A DNA stretch of 64,000 bases, taken from the human T2T-CHM13v2.0 reference genome, Homo sapiens. Where the stretch lies: assembly GCF_009914755.1 (NCBI RefSeq), contig NC_060943.1; one strand, written 5' to 3'. This document shows, piece by piece, positions 40,787 through 53,149 of the stretch. The notes beneath the pieces are model-generated. The model did no database searches. It was not told where the DNA came from and saw nothing but the letters and a program-made list of their open reading frames with translations. Both the position numbers and the translations under genes were made by a program. Every line of letters begins with the position of its first letter. Position 1 is the stretch's first letter.

Positions 40787-43267
40787 CGTGAGAGAGAGAC
40801 AGAAGTCGGCACACAGACACGCACTGCGCGCGCACACACACAGACACACACACAGACGCATCCCCCCAACACACACACACACACACCCATAACGAACACA
40901 CACGTACAGCAGGGAACACCCACCCGCAGGCAGCCCCTGAAGCTGCCGGGTTCTGCTCTCCGCGACTAAGAGCCACCGGTGAGAGAGCAGCCCACGGGCA
41001 CACAGGCGGACCTGTGCTCGTCATCACAAGGGCTCCACTTTTGGGGAGACTCACCCGCACACCGTCCGCGCACGCCTGAGGCTGGGATGCCGCGCTGCCT
41101 CGCCGGCGATCTGTCTGAGTTTTCTTCCTCCTGGGGTTTCTTCCTGCTGGTGGACCCTCCGCGAATCCCGGCCTCCGGAGACCGTCCTGGTAACTGCCCT
41201 GGCCAGGACTGGTCTCAGCCCAGACTCAGACGCACGATCACACAGGGCTCCTACTTCGCCAAGTGTCAGGGACCCATCCCCGGGCAACGGTGGCTTTCAC
41301 TGTGACCCAAGCGGCGGCTTGGGCCTCGCGCATGCGCACTGGCGAGGCCGACTCCCCCGCTCCACCCCCCCTTACTCCGCAGAGTCAGGCTGCGGACCCT
41401 TTAAAAAATGGCGGCGACGCGGCGGCTGCGGGGCCTGGGGCGGCGGTGCTGGAGGTGGCGGCGGTGGCGTCGCAGCCCGAGGCGGCGGGTGGGAAGAGGA
41501 CTGCCAGAGGGGCCTGCGGGAGACCCAGGGTCGGACCCATAGGAGTCCTGTGGTGAGGACCTCCTTGATCGCTCTTCTGCTTCGGTTCCCGCTGAAGGAG
41601 GAGCTTCGGGATGCCGGCTGGGCTGCGCGGACTCCTCTTGGGGTCCGATGATGGATCCAACCGGGTGATCGGGAATGGGGTTCCAATGCAGTGAGGCCGA
41701 AAGGGTCTCGCCGGGGCACAGAAAGATCCCCAGGGCCGCAAGGCGTGCTGTCGGCTGCAAAGGCACCGACCCATGAGCCCACTGCCTCCCTCCCTCCTGG
41801 CAGGAGCAGGGGCCTGCCTTCATCTCCAAGGCCCGAGGGCTCCGGCATCCCGACGCGGCTTCCGGCGACACGGGCAAAGAGAGACAGAGGCGAGTCCGAG
41901 CTGGAGCCAGCGTGTCCACATGTGGCACTGTCGTCCCCCAAGAGCACATGCAGGCAGCGTGTGTCTTTGAGGCGGTAGGGGGCGACGACGAGACGGACAG
42001 TGATGTCCAGGCGTGCGCCCGGGGGGCCACTGGAGACCTGCCCCACAAAGCGGAGGAAAAGCCAAGCGCACCTGAAAACCTGCGAGACAGGGCCTGTGCG
42101 CGAGTCCACGCCACGTTCAGGGAGGCCCGCCAGAGGAGCCGAGAGGTTTGGACAAAGTGCACCCCACCCCCAGCCCACCGCCGGCTAGGTACCCCTGACG
42201 CAACCTCCCCTGCACCCAGCCAAAACCCAGTCCCGTTGGCTCCCTGACATCCGTGGCAGCCAAAAGATTCGGTGCTAGAAGGCACTTTCCCCAGGAGCGG
42301 AGGAACCGGTTGGCCCTCAAGAATCAGAGAGGAAGTGCAGGTGGGATGCAACACCGCCTTTCCTAGAAGGCCAATGTCAGGAGCGGTGGGCTTGCCTCCG
42401 CCTCTTCCTGGACCGAGCGTGCAGCCATCACTTGGGCCATGGAGACCGAGAGAGCTTCCCTGTCCCACACAGGTATGGAAGCCCAGAGCTCCAGGATCAC
42501 CACAGCTGCCCAGTCATCCAGAAAGAGGTGTGGAGAGGGAAACAATCATGACGCGGACCGCCACGAGGTTTCTCCCTGATGGACGGGGAAGTCTTGTTTG
42601 TGGAAGACACTGAGCCACGCTAAGAAGCCGCCAGGCTTCTCAGAGACGGGGCAGACACAGCAAGAGGGAGGTCAGAGCAGAGGCCAGAGCCCAGGCAGGA
42701 TACGGGGGGGCCATGCCACCACCACCGGCATCCGGGGAGGAGTGTCAAACGGGTGACTCGGCCAGGAAGGCCAGCCTTTGAGAGACAGACATGCTTGCCC
42801 CATCCCCTTGCCGGCTTCCTTCTCCGTCCCTGCGTCGAGCTGTGGCTACATTTCTCGATGAGGGCAGAGGGCGACAGGCGTGACAACCACCTTCTTGAAG
42901 CTCTGCGGGCACCCTCCTGCGGGTGGACAATGAGCGCCTGGGAGGCCGTTGTCCTTGGTTGGGGAGCGCTCGTCTGGATCCAGCCTAGCAAAGAGGCTGC
43001 TCCGGATGGGGAGGGGATGAAAACCCCTGCGGGTTCGACGCCGATGCCCACGTTGCCCAGGCCTTCACAGACCCCCAAACTGGAACTGCCGGGACGACGA
43101 CTGCCAACCGGCCACACGACCCAGGCAGAGACGCGGGGAGAGGCTGACCAGAAGAAAGGCCGACGTGCAAGAAACCCACCCTCCGGCGCACAGGGCACAT
43201 GTGTCCCAAGGCGCACGCACACACAGACGGACAGAGACAGACAGAGAGGGCGACGGAAACAGCGAGA

Positions 43268-43306
<39 letters not shown>

Positions 43307-45793
43307 GACGTGAGAGAGAGACAGAAGTCGGCACACAGACACGCACTGCGCGCGCACACACACAGACACACACACAGACGCACCCCCCCAACACACACAC
43401 ACACACCCATAACGAACACACACGTACAGCAGGGAACACCCACCCGCAGGCAGCCCCTGAAGCTGCCGGGTTCTGCTCTCCGAGACTAAGAGCCACCGGT
43501 GAGAGAGCAGCCCACGGGCACACAGGCGGACCTGTGCTCGTCATCACAAGGGCTCCACTTTTGGGGAGACTCACCCGCACACCGTCCGCGCACGCCTGAG
43601 GCTGGGATCCCGCGCTGCCTCGCCGGCGATCTGTCTGAGGTTTCTTCCTCTTGGGGTTTCTTCCTGCTGGTGGACCCTCCGCGAATCCCGGCCTCCGGAG
43701 ACCGTCCTGGTAACTGCCCTGGCCAGGACTGGTCTCAGCCCAGACTCAGACGCACGATCACACAGGGCTCCTACTTCGCCAAGTGTCAGGGACCCATCCC
43801 CGGGCAACGGTGGCTTTCACTGTGACCCAAGCGGCGGCTTGGGCCTCGCGCATGCGCACTGGCGAGGCCGACTCCCCCGCTCCACCCCCCCTTACTCCGC
43901 AGAGTCAGGCTGCGGACCCTTTAAAAAATGGCGGCGACGCGGCGGCTGCGGGGCCTGGGGCGGCGGTGCTGGAGGTTGCGGCGGCGGCGGTGGCGGCGCA
44001 GCCCGAGGCGGCGGGTGGGAAGAGGACTGCCAGAGGGGCCTGCGGGAGACCCAGGGTCGGACCCATAGGAGTCCTGTGGTGAGGACCTCCTTGATCGCTC
44101 TTCTGCTTCGGTTCCCGCGAAAGGAGGAGCTTCGGGATGCCGGCTGGGCTGCGCGGACTCCTCTTGGGGTCCAATGATGGATCCAACCGGGTGATCGGGA
44201 ATGGGGTTCCAATGCAGTGAGGCCGAAAGGGTCTCGCCGGGGCACAGAAAGATCCCCAGGGCCGCAAGGCGTGCTGTCGGCTGCAAAGGCACCGACCCAT
44301 GAGCCCACTGCCTCCCTCCCTCCTGGCAGGAGCAGGGGCCTGCCTTCATCTCCAAGGCCCGAGGGCTCCGGCATCCCGACGCGGCTTCCGGCGACACGGG
44401 CAAAGAGAGACAGAGGCGAGTCCGAGCTGGAGCCAGCGTGTCCACATGTGGCACTGTCGTCCCCCAAGAGCACATGCAGGCAGCGTGTGTCTTTGAGGCC
44501 GTAGGGGGCGACGACGAGACGGACAGTGATGTCCAGGCGTGCGCCCGGGGGGCCACTGGAGACCTGCCCCACAAAGCGGAGGAAAAGCCAAGCGCACCTG
44601 AAAACCTGCGAGACAGGGCCTGTGCGCGAGTCCACGCCACGTTCAGGGAGGCCCGCCAGAGGAGCCGAGAGGTTTGGACAAAGTACACCCCACCCCCAGC
44701 CCGCCGCCGGCTAGGTACCCCTGACGCAAACTCCCCTGCACCCAGCCAAAACCCAGTCCCGTTGGCTCCCTGACATCCGTGGCAGCCAAAAGATTCGGTG
44801 CTAGAAGGCACTTTCCCCAGGAGCGGAGGAACCGGTTGGCCCTCAAGAATCATAGAGGAAGTGCAGGTGGGATGCAACACCGCCTTTCCTAGAAGGCCAA
44901 TGTCAGGAGCGGTGGGCTTGCCTCCGCCTCTTCCTGGACCGAGCGTGCAGCCATCACTTGGGCCATGGAGACCGAGAGAGCTTCCCTGTCCCACACAGGT
45001 ATGGAAGCCCAGAGCTCCAGGATCACCACAGCTGCCCAGTCATCCAGAAAGAGGTGTGGAGAGGGAAACAATCATGACGCGGACCGCCACGAGGTTTCTC
45101 CCTGATGGACGGGGAAGTCTTGTTTGTGGAAGACACTGAGCCACGCTAAGAAGCCGCCAGGCTTCTCAGAGACGGGGCAGACACAGCAAGAGGGAGGTCA
45201 GAGCAGAGGCCAGAGCCCAGGCAGGATACGGGGGGGCCATGCCACCACCACCGGCATCCGGGGAGGAGTGTCAAACGGGTGACTCGGCCAGGAAGGCCAG
45301 CCTTTGAGAGACAGACATGCTTGCCCCATCCCCTTGCCGGCTTCCTTCTCCGTCCCTGCGTCGAGCTGTGGCTACATTTCTCGATGAGGGCAGAGGGCGA
45401 CAGGCGTGACAACCACCTTCTTGAAGCTCTGCGGGCACCCTCCTGCGGGTGGACAATGAGCGCCTGGGAGGCCGTTGTCCTTGGTTGGGGAGCGCTCGTC
45501 TGGATCCAGCCTAGCAAAGAGGCTGCTCCGGATGGGGAGGGGATGAAAACCCCTGCGGGTTCGACGCCGATGCCCACGTTGCCCAGGCCTTCACAGACCC
45601 CCAAACTGGAACTGCCGGGACGACGACTGCCAACCGGCCACACGACCCAGGCAGAGACGCGGGGAGAGGCTGACCAGAAGAAAGGCCGACGTGCAAGAAA
45701 CCCACCCTCCGGCGCACAGGGCACATGTGTCCCAAGGCGCACGCACACACAGACGGACAGAGACAGACAGAGAGGGCGACGGAAACAGCGAGA

Positions 45794-45834
<41 letters not shown>

Positions 45835-48321
45835 GACGTGAGAGAGAGACAGAAGTCGGCACACAGACACGCACTGCGCGCGCACACACACAGACACACA
45901 CACAGACGCACCCCCCCAACACACACACACACACCCATAACGAACACACACGTACAGCAGGGAACACCCACCCGCAGGCAGCCCCTGAAGCTGCCGGGTT
46001 CTGCTCTCCGAGACTAAGAGCCACCGGTGAGAGAGCAGCCCACGGGCACACAGGCGGACCTGTGCTCGTCATCACAAGGGCTCCACTTTTGGGGAGACTC
46101 ACCCGCACACCGTCCGCGCACGCCTGAGGCTGGGATGCCGCGCTGCCTCGCCGGCGATCTGTCTGAGTTTTCTTCCTCCTGGGGTTTCTTCCTGCTGGTG
46201 GACCCTCCGCGAATCCCGGCCTCCGGAGACCGTCCTGGTAAATGCCCTGGCCAGGACTGGTCTCAGCCCAGACTCAGACGCACGATCACACAGGGCTCCT
46301 ACTTCGCCAAGTGTCAGGGACCCATCCCCGGGCAACGGTGGCTTTCACTGTGACCCAAGCGGCGGCTTGGGCCTCGCGCATGCGCACTGGCGAGGCCGAC
46401 TCCCCCGCTCCACCCCCCCTTACTCCGCAGAGTCAGGCTGCGGACCCTTTAAAAAATGGCGGCGACTCGGCGGCTGCGGGGCCTGGGGCGGCGGTGCTGG
46501 AGGTTGCCGTGGCGGCGGTGGCGGCGCAGCCCGAGGCGGCGGGTGGGAAGAGGACTGCCAGAGGGGCCTGCGGGAGACCCAGGGTCGGACCCATAGGAGT
46601 CCTGTGGTGAGGACCTCCTTGAGCGCTCTTCTGCTTCGGTTCCCGCTGAAGGAGGAGCTTCGGGATGCCGGCTGGGCTGCGCGGACTCCTCTTGGGGTCC
46701 GATGATGGATCCAACCGGGTGATCGGGAATGGGGTTCCAATGCAGTGAGGCCGAAAGGGTCTCGCCGGGGCACAGAAAGATCCCCAGGGCCGCAAGGCGT
46801 GCTGTCGGCTGCAAAGGCACCGACCCATGAGCCCACTGCCTCCCTCCCTCCTGGCAGGAGCAGGGGCCTGCCTTCATCTCCAAGGCCCGAGGGCTCCGGC
46901 ATCCCGACGCGGCTTCCGGCGACACGGGCAAAGAGAGACAGAGGCGAGTCCGAGCTGGAGCCAGCGTGTCCACATGTGGCACTGTCGTCCCCCAAGAGCA
47001 CATGCAGGCAGCGTGTGTCTTTGAGGCCGTAGGGGGCGACGACGAGACGGACAGTGATGTCCAGGCGTGCGCCCGGGGGGCCACTGGAGACCTGCCCCAC
47101 AAAGCGGAGGAAAAGCCAAGCGCACCTGAAAACCTGCGAGACAGGGCCTGTGCGCGAGTCCACGCCACGTTCAGGGAGGCCCGCCAGAGGAGCCGAGAGG
47201 TTTGGACAAAGTACACCCCACCCCCAGCCCGCCGCCGGCTAGGTACCCCTGACGCAACCTCCCCTGCACCCAGCCAAAACCCAGTCCCGTTGGCTCCCTG
47301 ACATCCGTGGCAGCCAAAAGATTCGGTGCTAGAAGGCACTTTCCCCAGGAGCGGAGGAACCGGTTGGCCCTCAAGAATCAGAGAGGAAGTGCAGGTGGGA
47401 TGCAACACCGCCTTTCCTAGAAGGCCAATGTCAGGAGCGGTGGGCTTGCCTCCGCCTCTTCCTGGACCGAGCGTGCAGCCATCACTTGGGCCATGGAGAC
47501 CGAGAGAGCTTCCCTGTCCCACACAGGTATGGAAGCCCAGAGCTCCAGGATCACCACAGCTGCCCAATCATCCAGAAAGAGGTGTGGAGAGGGAAACAAT
47601 CATGACGCGGACCGCCACGAGGTTTCTCCCTGATGGACGGGGAAGTCTTGTTTGTGGAAGACACTGAGCCACGCTAAGAAGCCGCCAGGCTTCTCAGAGA
47701 CGGGGCAGACACAGCAAGAGGGAGGTCAGAGCAGAGGCCAGAGCCCAGGCAGGATACGGGGGGGCCATGCCACCACCACCGGCATCCGGGGAGGAGTGTC
47801 AAACGGGTGACTCGGCCAGGAAGGCCAGCCTTTGAGAGACAGACATGCTTGCCCCATCCCCTTGCCGGCTTCCTTCTCCGTCCCTGCGTCGAGCTGTGGC
47901 TACATTTCTCGATGAGGGCAGAGGGCGACAGGCGTGACAACCACCTTCTTGAAGCTCTGCGGGCACCCTCCTGCGGGTGGACAATGAGCGCCTGGGAGGC
48001 CGTTGTCCTTGGTTGGGGAGCGCTCGTCTGGATCCAGCCTAGCAAAGAGGCTGCTCCGGATGGGGAGGGGATGAAAACCCCTGCGGGTTCGACGCCGATG
48101 CCCACGTTGCCCAGGCCTTCACAGACCCCCAAACTGGAACTGCCGGGACGACGACTGCCAACCGGCCACACGACCCAGGCAGAGACGCGGGGAGAGGCTG
48201 ACCAGAAGAAAGGCCGACGTGCAAGAAACCCACCCTCCGGCGCACAGGGCACATGTGTCCCAAGGCGCACGCACACACAGACGGACAGAGACAGACAGAG
48301 AGGGCGACGGAAACAGCGAGA

Positions 48322-48360
<39 letters not shown>

Positions 48361-50851
48361 GACGTGAGAGAGAGACAGAAGTCGGCACACAGACACGCAC
48401 TGCGCGCGCACACACACAGACACACACACAGACGCACCCCCCCAACACACACACACACACCCATAACGAACACACACGTACAGCAGGGAACACCCACCCG
48501 CAGGCAGCCCCTGAAGCTGCCGGGTTCTGCTCTCCGAGACTAAGAGCCACCGGTGAGAGAGCAGCCCACGGGCACACAGGCGGACCTGTGCTCGTCATCA
48601 CAAGGGCTCCACTTTTGGGGAGACTCACCCGCACACCGTCCGCGCACGCCTGAGGCTGGGATCCCGCGCTGCCTCGCCGGCGATCTGTCTGAGGTTTCTT
48701 CCTCTTGGGGTTTCTTCCTGCTGGTGGACCCTCCGCGAATCCCGGCCTCCGGAGACCGTCCTGGTAACTGCCCTGGCCAGGACTGGTCTCAGCCCAGACT
48801 CAGACGCACGATCACACAGGGCTCCTACTTCGCCAAGTGTCAGGGACCCATCCCCGGGCAACGGTGGCTTTCACTGTGACCCAAGCGGCGGCTTGGGCCT
48901 CGCGCATGCGCACTGGCGAGGCCGACTCCCCCGCTCCACCCCCCCTTACTCCGCAGAGTCAGGCTGCGGACCCTTTAAAAAATGGCGGCGACGCGGCGGC
49001 TGCGGGGCCTGGGGCGGCGGTGCTGGAGGTTGCGGCGGCGGCGGTGGCGGCGCAGCCCGAGGCGGCGGGTGGGAAGAGGACTGCCAGAGGGGCCTGCGGG
49101 AGACCCAGGGTCGGACCCATAGGAGTCCTGTGGTGAGGACCTCCTTGATCGCTCTTCTGCTTCGGTTCCCGCGAAAGGAGGAGCTTCGGGATGCCGGCTG
49201 GGCTGCGCGGACTCCTCTTGGGGTCCGATGATGGATCCAACCGGGTGATCGGGAATGGGGTTCCAATGCAGTGAGGCCGAAAGGGTCTCGCCGGGGCACA
49301 GAAAGATCCCCAGGGCGCAAGGCGTGCTGTCGGCTGCAAAGGCACCGACCCATGAGCCCACTGCCTCCCTCCCTCCTGGCAGGAGCAGGGGCCTGCCTTC
49401 ATCTCCAAGGCCCGAGGGCTCCAGCATCCCGACGCGGCTTCCGGCGACACGGGCAAAGAGAGACAGAGGCGAGTCCGAGCTGGTGCCAGCGTGTCCACAT
49501 GTGGCACTGTCGTCCCCCAAGAGCACATGCAGGCAGCGTGTGTCTTTGAGGCCGTAGGGGGCGACGACGAGACGGACAGTGATGTCCAGGCGTGCGCCCG
49601 GGGGGCCACTGGAGACCTGCCCCACAAAGCGGAGGAAAAGCCAAGCGCACCTGAAAACCTGCGAGACAGGGCCTGTGCGCGAGTCCACGCCACGTTCAGG
49701 GAGGCCCGCCAGAGGAGCCGAGAGGTTTGGACAAAGTACACCCCACCCCCAGCCCACCGCCGGCTAGGTACCCCTGACGCAACCTCCCCTGCACCCAGCC
49801 AAAACCCAGTCCCGTTGGCTCCCTGACATCCGTGGCAGCCAAAAGATTCGGTGCTAGAAGGCACTTTCCCCAGGAGCGGAGGAACCGGTTGGCCCTCAAG
49901 AATCAGAGAGGAAGTGCAGGTGGGATGCAACACCGCCTTTCCTAGAAGGCCAATGTCAGGAGCGGTGGGCTTGCCTCCGCCTCTTCCTGGACCGAGCGTG
50001 CAGCCATCACTTGGGCCATGGAGACCGAGAGAGCTTCCCTGTCCCACACAGGTATGGAAGCCCAGAGCTCCAAGATCACCACAGCTGCCCAATCATCCAG
50101 AAAGAGGTGTGGAGAGGGAAACAATCATGACGCGGACCGCCACGAGGTTTCTCCCTGATGGACGGGGAAGTCTTCTTTGTGGAAGACACTGAGCCACACT
50201 AAGAAGCCGCCAGGCTTCTCAGAGACGGGGCAGACACAGCAAGAGGGAGGTCAGAGCAGACGCCAGAGCACAGGCAGGATACGGGGGGACCATGCCACCA
50301 CCACCGGCATCCGGGGAGGACTGTCAAACGGGTGACTCGGCCAGGAAGGCCAGCCTTTGAGAGACAGACATGCTTGCCGCCCCATCCCCTTGCCGGCTTC
50401 CTTCTCCGTCCCTGCGTCTAGCTGTGGCTACATTTCTCGATGAGGGCAGAGGGCGACAGGCGTGACAACCACCTTCTTGAAGCTCTGCGGGCACCCTCCT
50501 GCGGGTGGACAATGAGCGCCTGGGAGGCCGTTGTCCTTGGTTGGGGAGCGCTCGTCTGGATCCAGCCTAGCAAAGAGGCTGCTCCGGATGGGGAGGGGAT
50601 GAAAACCCTGCGGGTCCGACGCCCATGCCCACGTTGCCCAGGCCTTCACAGACCCCCAAACTGGAACCGCCGGGACGACGACTGCCAACCGGCCACACGA
50701 CCCAGGCAGAGACGCGGGGACACGCTGACCAGAAGAAAGGCCGACGTGCAAGAAACCCACCCTCCGGCGCACAGGGCCCATGTGTCCCAAGGCGCACGCA
50801 CACACAGACGGACAGAGACAGAAAGAGAGGGCGACCGAAAGAGCGAGAAGG

Positions 50852-50887
<36 letters not shown>

Positions 50888-53149
50888 CGTGAGAGAGAGA
50901 CAGAAGTCGGCACACAGACACGCACTGCGCGCGCACACACACAGACACACACACAGACGCATCCCCCCAACACACACACACACACACACCCATAACGAAC
51001 ACACACGTACAGCAGGGAACACCCACCCGCAGGCAGCCCCTGAAGCTGCCGGGTTCTGCTCTCCGCGACTAAGAGCCACCGGTGAGAGAGCAGCCCACGG
51101 GCACACAGGCGGACCTGTGCTCGTCATCACAAGGGCTCCACTTTTGGGGAGACTCACCCGCACACCGTCCGCGCACGCCTGAGGCTGGGATGCCGCGCTG
51201 CCTCGCCGGCGATCTGTCTGAGTTTTCTTCCTCCTGGGGTTTCTTCCTGCTGGTGGACCCTCCGCGAATCCCGGCCTCCGGAGACCGTCCTGGTAAATGC
51301 CCTGGCCAGGACTGGTCTCAGCCCAGACTCAGACGCACGATCACACAGGGCTCCTACTTCGCCAAGTGTCAGGGACCCATCCCCGGGCAACGGTGGCTTT
51401 CACTGTGACCCAAGCGGCGGCTTGGGCCTCGCGCATGCGCACTGGCGAGGCCGACTCCCCCGCTCCACCCCCCCTTACTCCGCAGAGTCAGGCTGCGGAC
51501 CCTTTAAAAAATGGCGGCGACGCGGCGGCTGCGGGGCCTGGGGCGGCGGTGCTGGAGGTGGCGGCGGTGGCGTCGCAGCCCGAGGCGGCGGGTGGGAAGA
51601 GGACTGCCAGAGGGGCCTGCGGGAGACCCAGGGTCGGACCCATAGGAGTCCTGTGGTGAGGACCTCCTTGAGCGCTCTTCTGCTTCGGTTCCCGCTGAAG
51701 GAGGAGCTTCGGGATGCCGGCTGGGCTGCGCGGACTCCTCTTGGGGTCCGATGATGGATCCAACCGGGTGATCGGGAATGGGGTTCCAATGCAGTGAGGC
51801 CGAAAGGGTCTCGCCGGGGCACAGAAAGATCCCCAGGGCCGCAAGGCGTGCTGTCGGCTGCAAAGGCACCGACCCATGAGCCCACTGCCTCCCTCCCTCC
51901 TGGCAGGAGCAGGGGCCTGCCTTCATCTCCAAGGCCCGAGGGCTCCGGCATCCCGACGCGGCTTCCGGCGACACGGGCAAAGAGAGACAGAGGCGAGTCC
52001 GAGCTGGAGCCAGCGTGTCCACATGTGGCACTGTCGTCCCCCAAGAGCACATGCAGGCAGCGTGTGTCTTTGAGGCCGTAGGGGGCGACGACGAGACGGA
52101 CAGTGATGTCCAGGCGTGCGCCCGGGGGGCCACTGGAGACCTGCCCCACAAAGCGGAGGAAAAGCCAAGCGCACCTGAAAACCTGCGAGACAGGGCCTGT
52201 GCGCGAGTCCACGCCACGTTCAGGGAGGTCCGCCAGAGGAGCCGAGAGGTTTGGACAAAGTACACCCCACCCCCAGCCCGCCGCCGGCTAGGTACCCCTG
52301 ACGCAACCTCCCCTGCACCCAGCCAAAACCCAGTCCCGTTGGCTCACTGACATCCGTGGCAGCCAAAAGATTCGGTGCTAGAAGGCACTTTCCCCAGGAG
52401 CGGAGGAACCGGTTGGCCCTCAAGAATCAGAGAGGAAGTGCAGGTGGGATGCAACACCGCCTTTCCTAGAAGGCCAATGTCAGGAGCGGTGGGCTTGCCT
52501 CCGCCTCTTCCTGGACCGAGCGTGCAGCCATCACTTGGGCCATGGAGACCGAGAGAGCTTCCCTGTCCCACACAGGTATGGAAGCCCAGAGCTCCAGGAT
52601 CACCACAGCTGCCCAATCATCCAGAAAGAGGTGTGGAGAGGGAAACAATCATGACGCGGACCGCCACGAGGTTTCTCCCTGATGGACGGGGAAGTCTTGT
52701 TTGTGGAAGACACTGAGCCACGCTAAGAAGCCGCCAGGCTTCTCAGAGACGGGGCAGACACAGCAAGAGGGAGGTCAGAGCAGAGGCCAGAGCCCAGGCA
52801 GGATACGGGGGGGCCATGCCACCACCACCGGCATCCGGGGAGGAGTGTCAAACGGGTGACTCGGCCAGGAAGGCCAGCCTTTGAGAGACAGACATGCTTG
52901 CCCCATCCCCTTGCCGGCTTCCTTCTCCGTCCCTGCGTCGAGCTGTGGCTACATTTCTCGATGAGGGCAGAGGGCGACAGGCGTGACAACCACCTTCTTG
53001 AAGCTCTGCGGGCACCCTCCTGCGGGTGGACAATGAGCGCCTGGGAGGCCGTTGTCCTTGGTTGGGGAGCGCTCGTCTGGATCCAGCCTAGCAAAGAGGC
53101 TGCTCCGGATGGGGAGGGGATGAAAACCCCTGCGGGTCCGACGCCGATG

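Larger units (their letters stand above)
1..53149. repeat. Macrosatellite tandem array, ~21 units of ~2.52 kb, SST1/MER22 family; truncated by the left window edge
   Basis: An identical landmark (start of the repeated 'MREQPTGTQ' frame) recurs at 593, 3113, 5641, 8167, 10692, 13212, 15738, 18270, 20802, 23325, 25844, 28370, 30885, 33411, 35937, 38462, 40979, 43499, 46027, 48553 and 51082 (spacings 2515-2532). There is one GAGCTC (SstI) site per unit, e.g. 2100-2105. The family name rests on recalled unit size, the single SstI site and the CpG-rich composition, not on a database search. Confidence 0.93.

Noticed and set aside
1-53149. Hundreds of 60-410 aa ORFs repeated in every unit
   Set aside because: They overlap in all six frames, are low-complexity (microsatellite-derived ER/HT/CV/LS runs), show no recognisable domain, and are freely frameshifted between units (e.g. 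~8930, 24375). This is expected in GC-rich repeats.
1-53149. D4Z4/DUX4, rDNA, 5S or U2 gene array, or CRISPR
   Set aside because: No homeodomain ORF, no recognisable rRNA or snRNA sequence, and no short repeat-unique spacer structure. The flank is primate Alu/LTR DNA.
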